A DNA stretch of 64,000 nucleotides from Dimorphilus gyrociliatus. Taxonomy: Eukaryota; Animalia; Annelida. The position numbers and the translations under genes were made by a program. Shown here in pieces: positions 13,701-26,800 of this stretch. Under the pieces are notes generated by a model. The model was not told the DNA's origin. It made no database searches and saw nothing but the letters and a program-made list of their open reading frames with translations. The stretch spans positions 434,001 to 498,000 of the forward strand of contig CAJFCJ010000017.1 in NCBI GenBank assembly GCA_904063045.1, read 5' to 3'. Position 1 is the stretch's first letter. Every line of letters starts with the position of its first letter.

Positions 13701-16700
13701 CTCCATGAATGATTCATTCTTTATTTGATTGTCAGAGAAAAGGAAGACAATTTGTTTACCTTCTGTACCAGCTTTCAACAATAGCTGAATGAAGAATAAT
13801 AATGAAAGTAATAGATTATAATTAGTATCTAATACACATATATAAAATACAAACTCTTTTGATATCATCTCTCCAATCGCTAATAGAGTAATTTTTTGTT
13901 ATTTCTATCTGGAAGAGGTCGTAATCTGCCATAAATGTTGCTAATTTTGTAGCACTTTGTCTTCCACTACCGCCAATACCTAAAGAGTAATTTAAATGTA
14001 AGATACTTGGAAAGTGTGATTATTCGAATAGTTGAATCTACCAGCTAAGAGGGCGTGTCCATTGTCCTGCAATAATACTCTACTAACTCTTGACACATGT
14101 TCAATAGCAAACTTGAACATGACCAAAGACATTGGAGCTTTGGATAGCTGGTTGTATTCACTAAGATAGTGTTCAATAGTTGATGTTAATTCTTTTAAAT
14201 CTGTAACTTCGTCATAGACTTTTGGTCCTTGATCTGGATTCATGTAATCTCCGAATAGTAACGATCTAATGTGTTCGTCTGTAACTTTTCCGCTTAGTGT
14301 CAAATGTCCAAGTATTTTATCAATGCTTTGTTTATAAGAATCCTGACAAACTTCTCTTACGACACTATATTTTTAATGGAAAATTGATTATATATAATGT
14401 ATATATAGGCAAATAAGCCATATAATAACGCATTACTTGAAAAAGGTTTCTCGGTCAGTATCGTCAATTAAACGATCGTAGAAGACTCTATATACTTCGT
14501 GTATCCAAAGTCTTAGTAGTTTGTCCGGTTCCTGCATCTTTGAAGATGGTACTAAAAGGACGCCCCTAATAACTCTTGAGAAATCTCGAAGGTTGAATAC
14601 GTAATGTGACTTTGTTGGCGTTGGTAAAAATCTAACGATTGTTTGTTTATAAACATTCATCGTCGCTTGAACCATAAGCTAAAAAATAGAGTACAAAAAT
14701 ATATTATTAAGTTTAATTATTGTTGGAAATCACAGTAAAAGCGTCTAATAATCAATAACATACTTTTCCCAATCGATTAAAAGCTTGATCGAATCCTTTA
14801 GCAAAATGCCAGTCTGAAATTGTTGTAAATATTCTACTCATAGTATTATCGTCAAATTCATCAATGGAAACAATCTGTAAATGACGAGTAAATCTTGATG
14901 TTATGTCGTTTCGTCCTCCTCCAGGTGGTCCCATAGCCGCGACAAACAACTATGAAAGAAACGGGTAAACTTAATGATAATACATCTATAGGCTATCGTC
15001 TTACATTATCAACTATGAATAACTTGGAAGTATCTTTCCTATCGTACCAATGACCATGATTTATCCATTGACGTAGTAGCTCAATTGGTGGTTGTGCACC
15101 ATATTTCTCTTTAGCTGGCATATTTAAGTCGTCAACAAAAACGACACATTTCTTGCCCAATGGAGGTCCATAAACGCCTTTTCGACGCCTAAATAGAGGG
15201 GAGGAGAGGGGGAAAGTTAATAAACATTATAAAAATCCTCTATACACCATAAGATTATTTATAGGAAAGTTAGTAAATGGTTATAGGTTGATAAGTTTAA
15301 AAATGTTAATATACTCTTAATAAATATTGAATGAATATAATAGAATATCTTAAAACGGCATTAGCATCATTCTAACTAATTGATTGACGCGTAATTTTCA
15401 TGCTGGAAGGAGGAAGGGAATGGAAGCGAAAAAAAAAAAACAAAAGATAAATCTACTTTGGATTCTTTATTATGGATTCAACAACATTAAAAATTATACC
15501 GTAGTTTACGATCACGTGAATCGTGATCTTGAATTAGAATGCCAGTGCGCCTGATTTGAACAATTTCGATAAAAAACAAATCATAACAACAGACTCTTTT
15601 CTTTACTTTTTTAATTTTGTATATCATTCCTTATTCATTGCTAATTAAATAGTTAGAGAGTGATTAACTAGAATATCATTCCATACACAAGCAGAATTGA
15701 TCATTGATTTTGACGTATAAATATGCAAATTAACTAGCAGGTACTTACTTATCAATTATTTATGATAAATAGAATATGAAGAAGGTTTTTGCTTACCTAT
15801 CAAGTTTACTCATTATAATATCCTGAGTTTGATTAGCGCTGGTTCGAGCAGAAAAGTTTACGCAATTTGGTATATATCTTATAAGAAAATGACAAGGATT
15901 AGACGTACTATATATAAAGTTATGAATATTCATTATATATAACTTACTGATCTTTTGGTAATTTAATAAGATAGCTGTTTGTGATAGCCGATTTACCAGT
16001 TCCGGTTGGACCAACGAATAAAACTGGGACCTCATGCATCAAATATGTAGTTAGAAAGAAGGACTGTCTAGCTGTTTCACTAGTAGGAATAATAAGGTCG
16101 CTGACCTAAAATTGTGGAAAAGAATAAAATTAAAAACCAATAGGTAAACCTTTAATATCATTTAAATAATTAGTTAATTAAAAGAGAAACTAATAAATTG
16201 TAATTAGATATTTGAATATTTTAACTAGAAAAATTTAGAAGTTATTTAAAGATTAATTAAATCAAAATAAAGAACTAAATAACTTTTATCAGGTTAATTA
16301 ATAAATGAAATATTAAAATTAAAAAAAAAGGTAACAGATTAAGATGCTTATGCAAACCTGTAACGGATCAAAAAAGTGCTGTATATATATATATAATAAG
16401 TGCAATTTTTTTTTAAAAAAACAAAAAATAACAAAAAAAATAATAAAAATAACAAAAACTTGTGTTCAATCTTTCAAAATTTGTTTGAATATGATTCTTT
16501 TAATAGATAAATGTTAAAATTTTACCTTTGCATTTGCCGCTAATTCTGTACTTTCTTTATCAATTGTTTCCATCCAATCAATCCAACCTCCGCTTCCTTT
16601 CTTTAGGAAGCAGAAATCGTAGACGCTTGATCTTTCTGGGAAAGCGTTACTCTAGAAAATTAGAAATATATATATATGTATATATATATATTTACATTAA

Positions 16701-17767
16701 ACATAAAAAAAGGATCGATACCTTTGTAATCTTGGATGATTTTGGTTTTGGATGATTAGAATTAGCTCCAGATATTAAATCTCTGAAGAAAACGTCGAAT
16801 TTTTTACGACTTTCTCCAGTTATTGTACCACCAACAGTCCAAACAAGTGAGAAAAGGAATAAACCTTGTAACCATAGCATAATCTGTTAAAATAAGATAG
16901 AAATAATGATAATAAGGATGATATTCTTATAATAAATAATAATATTCGAAATATCCTTCTGAAATGAATAAGAAAATAATGAAATATTAAAATTCTATAG
17001 ATATTTGTTTTAGTAAAAACATAATATTTAAGTAAGTAAAAACAACTTGAAATACGATAAATAAATAGAATAATAGTGCTATGACAAATTTTGTGGATGC
17101 ATACATTATTACGTAATACATTAATATTATGCAATAGTTTATACAATATATCTTTTTATGCAAGTGATATTAATAGTTCTTATTGTTATTTGGCATTCAT
17201 ATTTACAAGAAAAAAAAATATTGCGCAGCCAATAAACAAGGTGTTCGCTTTAAGCAAATTCATCTCAATAACTTTTAAGATAACATTCATGCAGTACCTG
17301 TTGATGACCCTGTATCGGGTCATTGTCAAGATCGAGTTCGCTATCCTATTATTTGCATATTGCATATTTGGTCAAGATGCAGGTTTGTTTGTTTTTTTTT
17401 GTTTGGTTTGGTTACGTTTTTGTTCGGAATTGTTTGTTTTTTGGGGAAGGAGGAAAAAAATAGGTCATTTCATTAGTTCTCACCGTAAATAGTAACTTTT
17501 GATTATTAAAGGTTCAATTAAAATTGGCATCCGCCTCACCTGATCCTCGGTAGACGGAGCCCTATAAAGGAATTGGAGCTTCTTTCCATACTATAAGTTA
17601 GAGTAGATTTTATCAATATTAATAAATTTTAATAGGCTTAAAATATAACTTATTCTTACAGTATGTTTACCTGTTTATAAATCAAACGTGCGTAATTAAC
17701 ACTTTTAACTTCTTCATCTTTTCCCTCATTCCTATCAGAATTTTCTTCAAGGGTAACGCCTAGACGC

Positions 17768-17801
<34 letters not shown>

Positions 17802-20800
17802 GATATAGATATATTTAATCAAGACTTTGTTATCTAATCTTTATATTCTATTCTAATTTTTCCCATTTAATAATTATTCATCTAGCTATTGAACTTTAAA
17901 ATACCTTTTGCTGTTGAACTGCCTTTTGAGTATCACTTTTCCGTCTACCTTTCTTTTTAAACTTGACATTTTTCCAGTGTGACTAATAACGAATGAAAAC
18001 TAGAGTTTTTCTCTTGGTCTTTGGGAGGGGAAGGGGAACATTTTTTTTTTAAAAAAAAAACTACTAACAAAAATTTTATCTCTATAAAAACTCTATTAAT
18101 TGGAAGAAAAAGCTTTAAAAATGTTAATATTTTTCTCTTCCAAGAGAAAAAGATTGCTTTTTTTCCTCATCAGAAAAAAAGACTTATGAAAAATTTCATG
18201 ATTGATTATATTTTTTTTATAAAATGGATACGTAACCAGCGAATATACCTGCGCAGGCGCATGCGTCTGTTGATTATTGCTATGATTATGATGATCTTTT
18301 TTCTTATTATGTTTCTTTTTCCGTTTTTTCGAATCCTTATGAATATCGATGCGAGAATCGGTTTTTTGAAGAAGCTAAATAATTCGTAGTTTTAACAGAT
18401 TTCGTTAAAATAATAAAATATGAATAGATGTTTTAATAAACGTGCCGAATGTCATATTTTGTTTAGTTATGTGTTGTTGTTGTTTTTTTTTGTTCACTTG
18501 TACAACGAGGACTCTTACCTGCTGCTTATTCGGAACCTCAATTTTACCATCAGGGTTTGACTAATACACAGTATTGAGTTATTTTTGGTAAGATATATAC
18601 AGTATATATATATATATATAGATAAATAAGAGATGAACAATACTAATTTTGCTGACTAAAACGAGTCCTACCTGCTGATTGGATAATTCCTTTCCTTCGG
18701 TTGCGCTGTCTCTTACTTCGTCTAATAAGCAGGTAAGTAGCCTTTGTAGAGTAAATACGAGGTGTATAGGAGAGGTATTTATAAGCATTTTGCAATTGTG
18801 CTGTATAAAATGCAAACAAGGATCTATTAACCAATCGAACATATCATTTAGCATTTCTTTATGATCTTCGCTCAAAGTATTAGGTAGTTCGTGCAACATA
18901 TAACTCTCTTTGAAAGGTTTCCAACCGAGTTGATGAGGTTCCAAGTAAATCATACCGCAACGTGATACAGTAGCAGGTGAAGCCTGCTCCAAGTCGGCAG
19001 GTTCAAAAATAAGATTCATTGAATTACTCATTTGAATAATTTCACCGGACATTAAGCACAGTTTTTTATTATCGTCCAGTACTGTGTTCATATTTTCAAT
19101 CCAGACCGCATCCACTGGACCATCGAATAAAATCCATTTTCTATCATCACTTGGATTACTTGCATATTCTCTGAAAGTATTAGCTAAAACTCCATCGGAC
19201 CATTCGTGGGATACGGGATCAAATTGACCATATAATTGCCCCATTGTTATAGATTTTGGGTTAATAATTCTATAAAAGACTTTGAATTCTTCCATTAGTC
19301 CTGATTCGTGTAAATCGCCTAAAGCATCAGCTAGAACCTGATAAGCGCTGGTCTTACCACCCATAGGTTCTCCAACAATCATCAGACCGTGTCTGACAAG
19401 AATCATTTCGTATACTTGAATAATCTTGTCAATGAACCACGGAACTTGTTGTAATTTTCTCTTGGCTATGTTATCTTTCAACGCTTCTAAGAAGACGCCT
19501 AAATCTGGTTTAACCAATTCGACACCAGGGAACAAATCGCTGATAATACCTTCAAAAAGAGGTACATCTTGAGCCAAGAATTTTGGCAAGTTAACGTCCA
19601 TAATAGCTTTAAGTAGTAATTCTGGTTCTTGTGTATCAGGGTGTTTTAATTTCAAGTTTCCAGCCGCAGTTAAAACACTCTTAACGGCTCTCATACCGTA
19701 ATCGTAGTGATGTTGTGAACTTAGCTGTTCTGAGCATAATCTATACGTAGCGACAATCTTCTGAGAGAGACTTCTAGCATCGACAAATCCCATAGAATAT
19801 AAGGATATTTCACCGATAAGAGCATAATCGGGTACCATCATAGCAACCGTACGGAAAAGAACTTTCAAGTTATCTGGCAATTCCTGTCTACCCGCATATC
19901 CAGGATTCATAGTAATAAACATAGTACAGGTTGGATTAAGAGATAGTTCAGTACCTTCAAAATTGAACTTCTTTTCACCACTGTTAATAGCCTGTTGAAT
20001 ACACTGGATCTGTTGAGCAACAACGGATAATACTTCTAATTCAATTCTATTAAATTCATCAAAACAGGCCCATGCTCCAGCTTGGGCTAAACCCTTGAAA
20101 AACTTTCCCATGGCTTTGTAATCCAAACCATCGCTGCAGTTGAAAACAACGCACTGTTTAGCAACCGCCTTCGCTAAATCTTTACTGGTTTCCGTTTTTC
20201 CAGTTCCGGCGGGTCCTTCGGGCGCTCCGCCAAGGTTTAGTTTAAGCGCACCCATAAGAGTTCTATAGCAACGATCCGTCAACGGTGTTATAACCAAACG
20301 TCCAGAGTTACCAAGGTATTCGTAACCGTATCTTAGTTCTGTTGTAATCATTCTTACCGATACATGCTTTTCTATCCAATAGTATCGTAACTGTGCCAAC
20401 CAGTCGAAATCATTAGCACTAGTTACATTTTTCTTGGCCATGGCCTCTACAACGTCTCTTGCGTGAACGTCTATGACGATAAGAGCTCCGAGAGTTATTC
20501 TTGCACCACTTTCGAGTTTTCCTCTCACTAATTCAACAGTTTCCTCTATTTGTTTATTACTCTTTTGTAAATAGTCATCTAAGCCTTTACTGTCTTTCAT
20601 CGATTCAGTAACTTCAGCAGTCCAGAAAATAGAACTAACACAAATTACAACTTGACCAGGCCATTCAAGTACCCATTTGTTTCTTGCTGTTGTCTTATAA
20701 CCATCTATTGATTTTGATATGACATTCCTTACGGATGATAACATGACATCTTCTACTTGTAAAAGCCATTTTTCAACCATACCTTTGGCTCTGGCGGGAA

Positions 20801-23800
20801 CAATTTTTTGTGTCAGTTCTACAGTTTCCTTTTCGGATGAAATCATCCCAACAATTTCCTGTTGTTCAGTAAATTCCAATTTAGCGATACCTTCAAAGCA
20901 CTTTTTCAAGTGTGGTTGAACTCGAAGAGGATCTTTTGTCTCAGATAAAATTTCTAAAAGTTCATCATTTGATAAGAAAAAGAAACGAGGGAAATAGAGA
21001 CGTTTCTTTTCTAGATAAGCGTTTAATCCTTTTTGAATTTCGTCCAAAAGGACGTTAGCCTCTTGTAGGCGTTTAAGCATATTGGGTTGGTCAGTCGCCT
21101 TTGAAAAGATAAATTGAATAATTGCTAAACAACAACGTAAAAATATTATTAATTATTACCTTTAAACAATGATTATCCTTAGAAGCTTCTGACATAATAT
21201 CCTTCCAAGTTGCATCAACTATACCAAACTTTCTCCCCTCCTCAGGCATTTGAGCCATAATATCTTCAGAGCTGAAAATTGGCTCCAAGTATAGCCAAGT
21301 AGCTTGAACCTTTAGCCACGCATCAATAATATCTTGCATAGACACTAATTTCTCAGTCCATTCTTTCATTTCAGCTTCGAATGGTTTAATGAAAGGGGAT
21401 CCTTGCATAGTTTGAGCTTTAATAATATGATCGTCCAAAACGACTTGAATATCATCAATTGCGGATAAGATTTTAATACCCTAAAAAGTTGATAGAAAGA
21501 AGAATATGAACAAAAGGAGGAGAGGTATAACCAAAACAATCATAAAAAAACAATGCATTTTAATAATAAGTCATATTCAGCTATTTATTTTCGACACTGA
21601 CGCTGATTGTTTTACATGTAATTCATATTTTTAAAAGGAGGGAAGTGTGCTATATATAGATATATACATTAAAATACTTTTAAATATACAACGACATTAA
21701 TCTCACCTCATAGTCAGGTAACTAAAAATATATGAAATATCACTAGTTAGTGAAAAGAAAACAAGTTCATGCGCGTTAATAATTTCATGCAGAAAGATAT
21801 GAAGAAGATAAGGAAGAGATATCAGAGGATAATTCCTAATCTTTTCTTCCTTTGAAGAAGATTTTCTTTTGTTTTTTGCCATGTTTTTTTTTAAAGAGTA
21901 TTTAAACATAAAAAGAAAGAAAATAAGCTAAGCTTGTTTGGATTAGTCAGAAAACTTGGATGAGAATTAGGACACGAACCATACGGATCTAAGTTAACCT
22001 AATCCTTATTTAACCCCTATCCAAGTTCGATTTACTCTTACACTCCCTTTCTTTAGCCTTAAACCAACAGGACCCTAACCGTTAATCCTTAAATTTCATC
22101 CGAGTTTTCTTACACTCCAGTTTATGTTTTTTGTTTGTCATTTAATGAAAAAAGAGTCAAAACAAAAAGACTTGTCTATCATATCAGTTCAATTAAAAAC
22201 TTGAAATACTAACCGTTTCTCTATATGGTACAAATTCAAAGTTCAAGTCTGTCCATTCCACTTTCATCTTCTTTAGATTCTTCTCTAAAGAGAATTCCTT
22301 ACTTGCAGCACCGCTTATTTCCTCTAATTTATCTAAGCATTTGCTTAAACCTAATTCAAGCATATTTGATAATGTAGCCTGTTCTCCTGGCTTAATATCC
22401 ATCTCCATAATATCACTCATTTGGGCCCAATGTCTATCTCTTATTCCTGGATTGCATATAACAGCCAAGATGGGTAGATTTTGCTTGAATTTGTCAATTT
22501 TAGCTTTGTAGACATTGGCTACTCTTTGAGGACCGGCCTGATCTTGGAAAGATTTATTCAATTTGAACAAAGTTCTATACATGTCTTGAACTTCTGATTC
22601 AATATCTTCAGCATTAAGTTGTTTAAACGGACCTAAAAGGGAATTGGTTCATTATTGTATATACATATAAATAATTTGTTAAACTTTTACCATTGAGCCA
22701 TTCTTCTTGCTTTTTATGGAAGAGATAGGTTGTATTCCATAGCTTTTCGTATGGTTCTTTTGCCTTGACCATAGCTGGTAATTGGATATATTCAGTTTGT
22801 TCCCATCCTAATAATTCTTCTTCCGTATTCACTTGTTCCATCTCTAATTTAGCAGCATCAAGATTTTCTTGTAACTTTGCCAAAGCATCTACATTGTTTC
22901 TCATCTCGTCAACGCTCATAATCTGTATTTAATAAACATGTAAAAAAAAAAAAGAAACAGGAAAACTGACGTAGAGATTATCTAATTAGCATATTAATTA
23001 ATAAGTTAGTTAATTAATCAAGTATATATATATATCTTTCCGATCATTAAATATCTAAATAAGAAGTTAATGTGATAGAAAGAAAGAAAAAAAAGATAAA
23101 TCTTTGCGGCCATTTTTAATTCTTGTTAGCGTTATTTATGAATTTGATATGAATGAATATATAGTATTTAAATAATAGTATAATCAAATATTCTGTGAAG
23201 AATATAAAATAATTGATTTAACCTCTCCGTATCGATTTATTGATAGCTGAAACAAAAAATTATCGCATCCACTTTCTTATTATTATGATTATTATTAAAG
23301 AAAAATACAAAACTGTAGTTACTATTTATGCACTCAAATTAAACAAACACAACCAGGTCGGTTCTAAATTTAATGGCCAAAATAAAAGAAAGAAACGTAC
23401 CTCTTTCTTCTTATACGATTCAACTTCTTTATGATATTCTTCTAATTTAGCTTCGAATGCTCTCCTCTTACGGCGAACTTCATCTTCAACTTGATCTCTT
23501 CTATTCATAAGACGATTTGTTGCCGTTTCGAATGTATTAAGAATTCTTTGTGGCCATTGAAACAATTGACTATTCAATTTTATATCTTCATCTATTCAAT
23601 TAATTAACATATAGTTATATTACTAACAAAATTATAAGTTATACTTGGCATAAAAGCGTAATCTAAAAGGAAACTAAGCCTATAGACAGCTTCATTGATT
23701 TCTTTTTTAAGTTCGTGGACAGTTTTATCCATACTCTGAAAAGATAATTAACATAAGATCAAGTTAAATATACAGGTGAATAAAATTTAAATAGATAAAC

Positions 23801-26800
23801 AAAAATAAAAAACCAATTAATTAATTAATTAATAAATATTTTAATTAAGTCATCGGAAGAAGAAAAAAATTAGAAAAAAATTCTTAACAATTTGACAAGT
23901 GTAGTTTGTTTGTTGTTATACTTTTAACATCAAATCAAGGCGACAACGAATGTAAAAGAGCTTACTTTTAAAGAGTTATTATAAAACATGTAGTGGGTGG
24001 GGTGTAATATTATAAATTACATAGAGTGTACACAGTTTATATATATATATATATATTTATAGATATATATATATATATATATTGCTTTTAATCTTTATAT
24101 ATTTATATAGTTCATATCAATAAAATAATAAATAAAAGTTGAGAAATGTAAACATTTAGTAGTGCAAGTTTTTGTTCTCTTATGTTTGAATTTTTATATT
24201 CAATATGTTTTTGGCGAGTGATTAATGAACGAGCTGCAAACCACTTACACCTTTCCCATATAGCTGATTGATTGATTTTAGTATGAGAAGAGTAAGGTCA
24301 ATTTAAAAATGAATATTCACATAGACAATGATAAATAATTATTTAGTTTGCTTTTAGGCTATTGAACATTGTTAAAAGTCTATTAGAAGTTACTTGAACA
24401 AGAGATTAAGTAGTTCAATATTTATTTTAATACCTTAGTTAAATATTTCTGTAGATTGACGAGCTCTTCAGTTTCTTCCGGTAATTCCATAACTTTGTTT
24501 TCCATTTCTACGTAACGACGAACAATACTGAAAATAAGGGAACATGACAAGAATAAATTGCTGAATATAGTAATATCAATAATAAAAATATCAATACTCT
24601 CTATTCATCCTGCGATTTTGGCTAACTTCAAAGGAGATTAGCTGCTCTTTTTGTTTATTTGCCCTCTGACATAGATCGTTGTTCAATTCCGAACAATTTA
24701 AACAAAACATCGATAGTGGTACAGTTATCCTTAAGGATGCAATTTCATCTTTTAAATTTTGAAATTCCCTAATTTTCTATAAAAATATTAAGAGAAAGAA
24801 TGGAAGAAACGTTAAATATCTTTCAATTAAACTTAATAAATATGCATAAATTATAAAAGAAGAGAAGAGAAACCTTAATAAAATCTGGAATATCATTTTC
24901 TTCTTGCTTCAGGAAATTAGCAACTGCTTGTTCAGCTTTATTATTCAAAAGATCATTATAACTCTTGTACGAGTTTAAATAATTATGAGGTCCAACTATA
25001 TTTAATTGAAAAATTTCCAGTGCTTGATTGATTATATCCTGAACTAGACTTTCTTCCAATCGAACTGGTCTGAGTAACATTTTACTGTCTGGAAATAGTT
25101 CCATTTCAACCTAGAATGAAACAATTAATCATATTTAATTAAGCAGTTTTTGTCACCAAGCTTTAAATAGTTGATAAATTACCCTCGGAATGTTGTCGTT
25201 ACAGTTTATTATCTCTTTAAAACACCTTATAATAATTTCTTTACATTCGGAAAATGGTGGATCAAAGATTATCTTTGGTTCTTCGACTTGTAATTTGATT
25301 AACATAATCTGTTTCATATTATAGACCAAATCCACATAATCTTCACCAAAATCGTTTCCATTCTGTATAATCAATGAATGGTTGTTTTTTATTAAATATT
25401 TAAGCTGATACCTTAGATTTTACTTAATAATTTACCTTATGAATTTGTAGAAACTTTAAAAAGTCATTTAAAGAATTGATTGTTAAGCTTCTTAATTGAT
25501 TTGACATTAAACTAGCAATAGAGCTAAAAAATTCTTCAGCCATCTCTCTAGAACCGGTAGGAGTATCCGGGCAAAGGTGCATCCAATGATTAAGATTTAC
25601 CTTAAATATTTCGCAAACTCTTGGAACCCATCTGTTAAGACGAGATTAAGTTTTATATGTTATTAATAAGCTACTTTCTAAATCTTTAATAGTTTACTTT
25701 TTTCTTAAAACGTCGTGCATCCTTGCGCATTGTTTCTTTACTTCCTGTTCAAAATCTTTCGGATGAAACGGTAAATCAGCCTCCAAGAGTTCTTCGTAGA
25801 CTACGAATCGTTTATCAGCAAATCTAGTAATAGAAAGAATAGAAATGTTGTATGATGTTGTTTAGATAAACATCTTAAGGAAACACTTACTCTTCCAGCC
25901 ATAACTTTTGTAAAAGTGACATCATAGGATTGACCGTATGCAAATGGTTAAGGTGAAAGTATTTAGCTTCTGTGTATTGTTCGTGCCAAGGCACGGGAGC
26001 ACGAATAACCCTATTTTAACAAATACACTCTTATGATAAAGAAAAAGAAGGATACGGTTAGGTATCCACTAACCTTTGAGGATAGGGCCTTGGTAACCAC
26101 TTAATATGAATTCGAACCTTCTCAGTTGGATCTTTCAGAATGTAATCAACTGTTTAAAACACAAACAAACAATAAATAAAGCTTTTCTCAGAACAGTTTT
26201 CTCTCTTCTTTGGTCAATTGCACACATATTTTTTTAATACAAAAATCTTACCGATAGCTTTTTTCAGGCTCATTTCGTAATCTTCCCTTACTTCTTCCTT
26301 TAAATTCGAGTACAAAGGTGCCAAGAGATTAGAGGCAAAAGCTGATTTCGTAAGGAATTTATTTGGTATTAAACGATCAATGCGATCCATAATGTCTCTG
26401 TCCTGAGCGGCTAGCATATCAGCGCTTATACCTCTATTTATATAATAATAGTAGCGCTGTTAATTGGTAAATAAGGAAATAAAGTTAAACAAAGTGTAAT
26501 TAGTCGTATAAAAGAAAATCGATAATTTATAATTTAAACCTCTAAATCCTGATCTCGAGGCTCTTCTATGTCTCTTGCCTCGTCCTCTTCAATTGTTTTC
26601 ATTATATCTAATTGCTCTACAGGAGTCAATGGTCTACTCCTTTCGCCGTTGTTATCTCTTTGTATGATCTTTTCGTCTAACTTTCTCTTTCTACTTTTTA
26701 AAGTAGTCAAGTCGAGCGAAGTTCTATTTCTTGGTGTCCTTTGCAAGAATGACATTTCCTTTTTTATCCTTGGAATGTCATTCATGGTCAGATCGCTTGC

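Noticed and set aside
15722-17358. Octamer ATGCAAAT motifs (about 15723 and 17351) hinting at snRNA genes
   Set aside because: No snRNA body or PSE was recognisable nearby; the second overlaps the TGC-rich acceptor region of a cassette exon.
18249-18266. NRF1-like motif TGCGCAGGCGCA suggesting an intronic promoter
   Set aside because: It is better explained as the coding end (THAPAQ) of the 126-nt cassette exon with AG/GT boundaries; no other promoter evidence.
21790-21880. Coding-looking stretches [15 protein letters not shown] (+) and [16 protein letters not shown] (-)
   Set aside because: No usable splice sites in frame; consistent with purine/pyrimidine-biased intron sequence.
26048-26055. 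GTATCCTT (U12-type donor consensus) on the minus strand in a DNAH3 intron
   Set aside because: The upstream gttagt donor gives the conserved PQR|VIRAPVPW frame; using the U12-like site would include an in-frame TAA.
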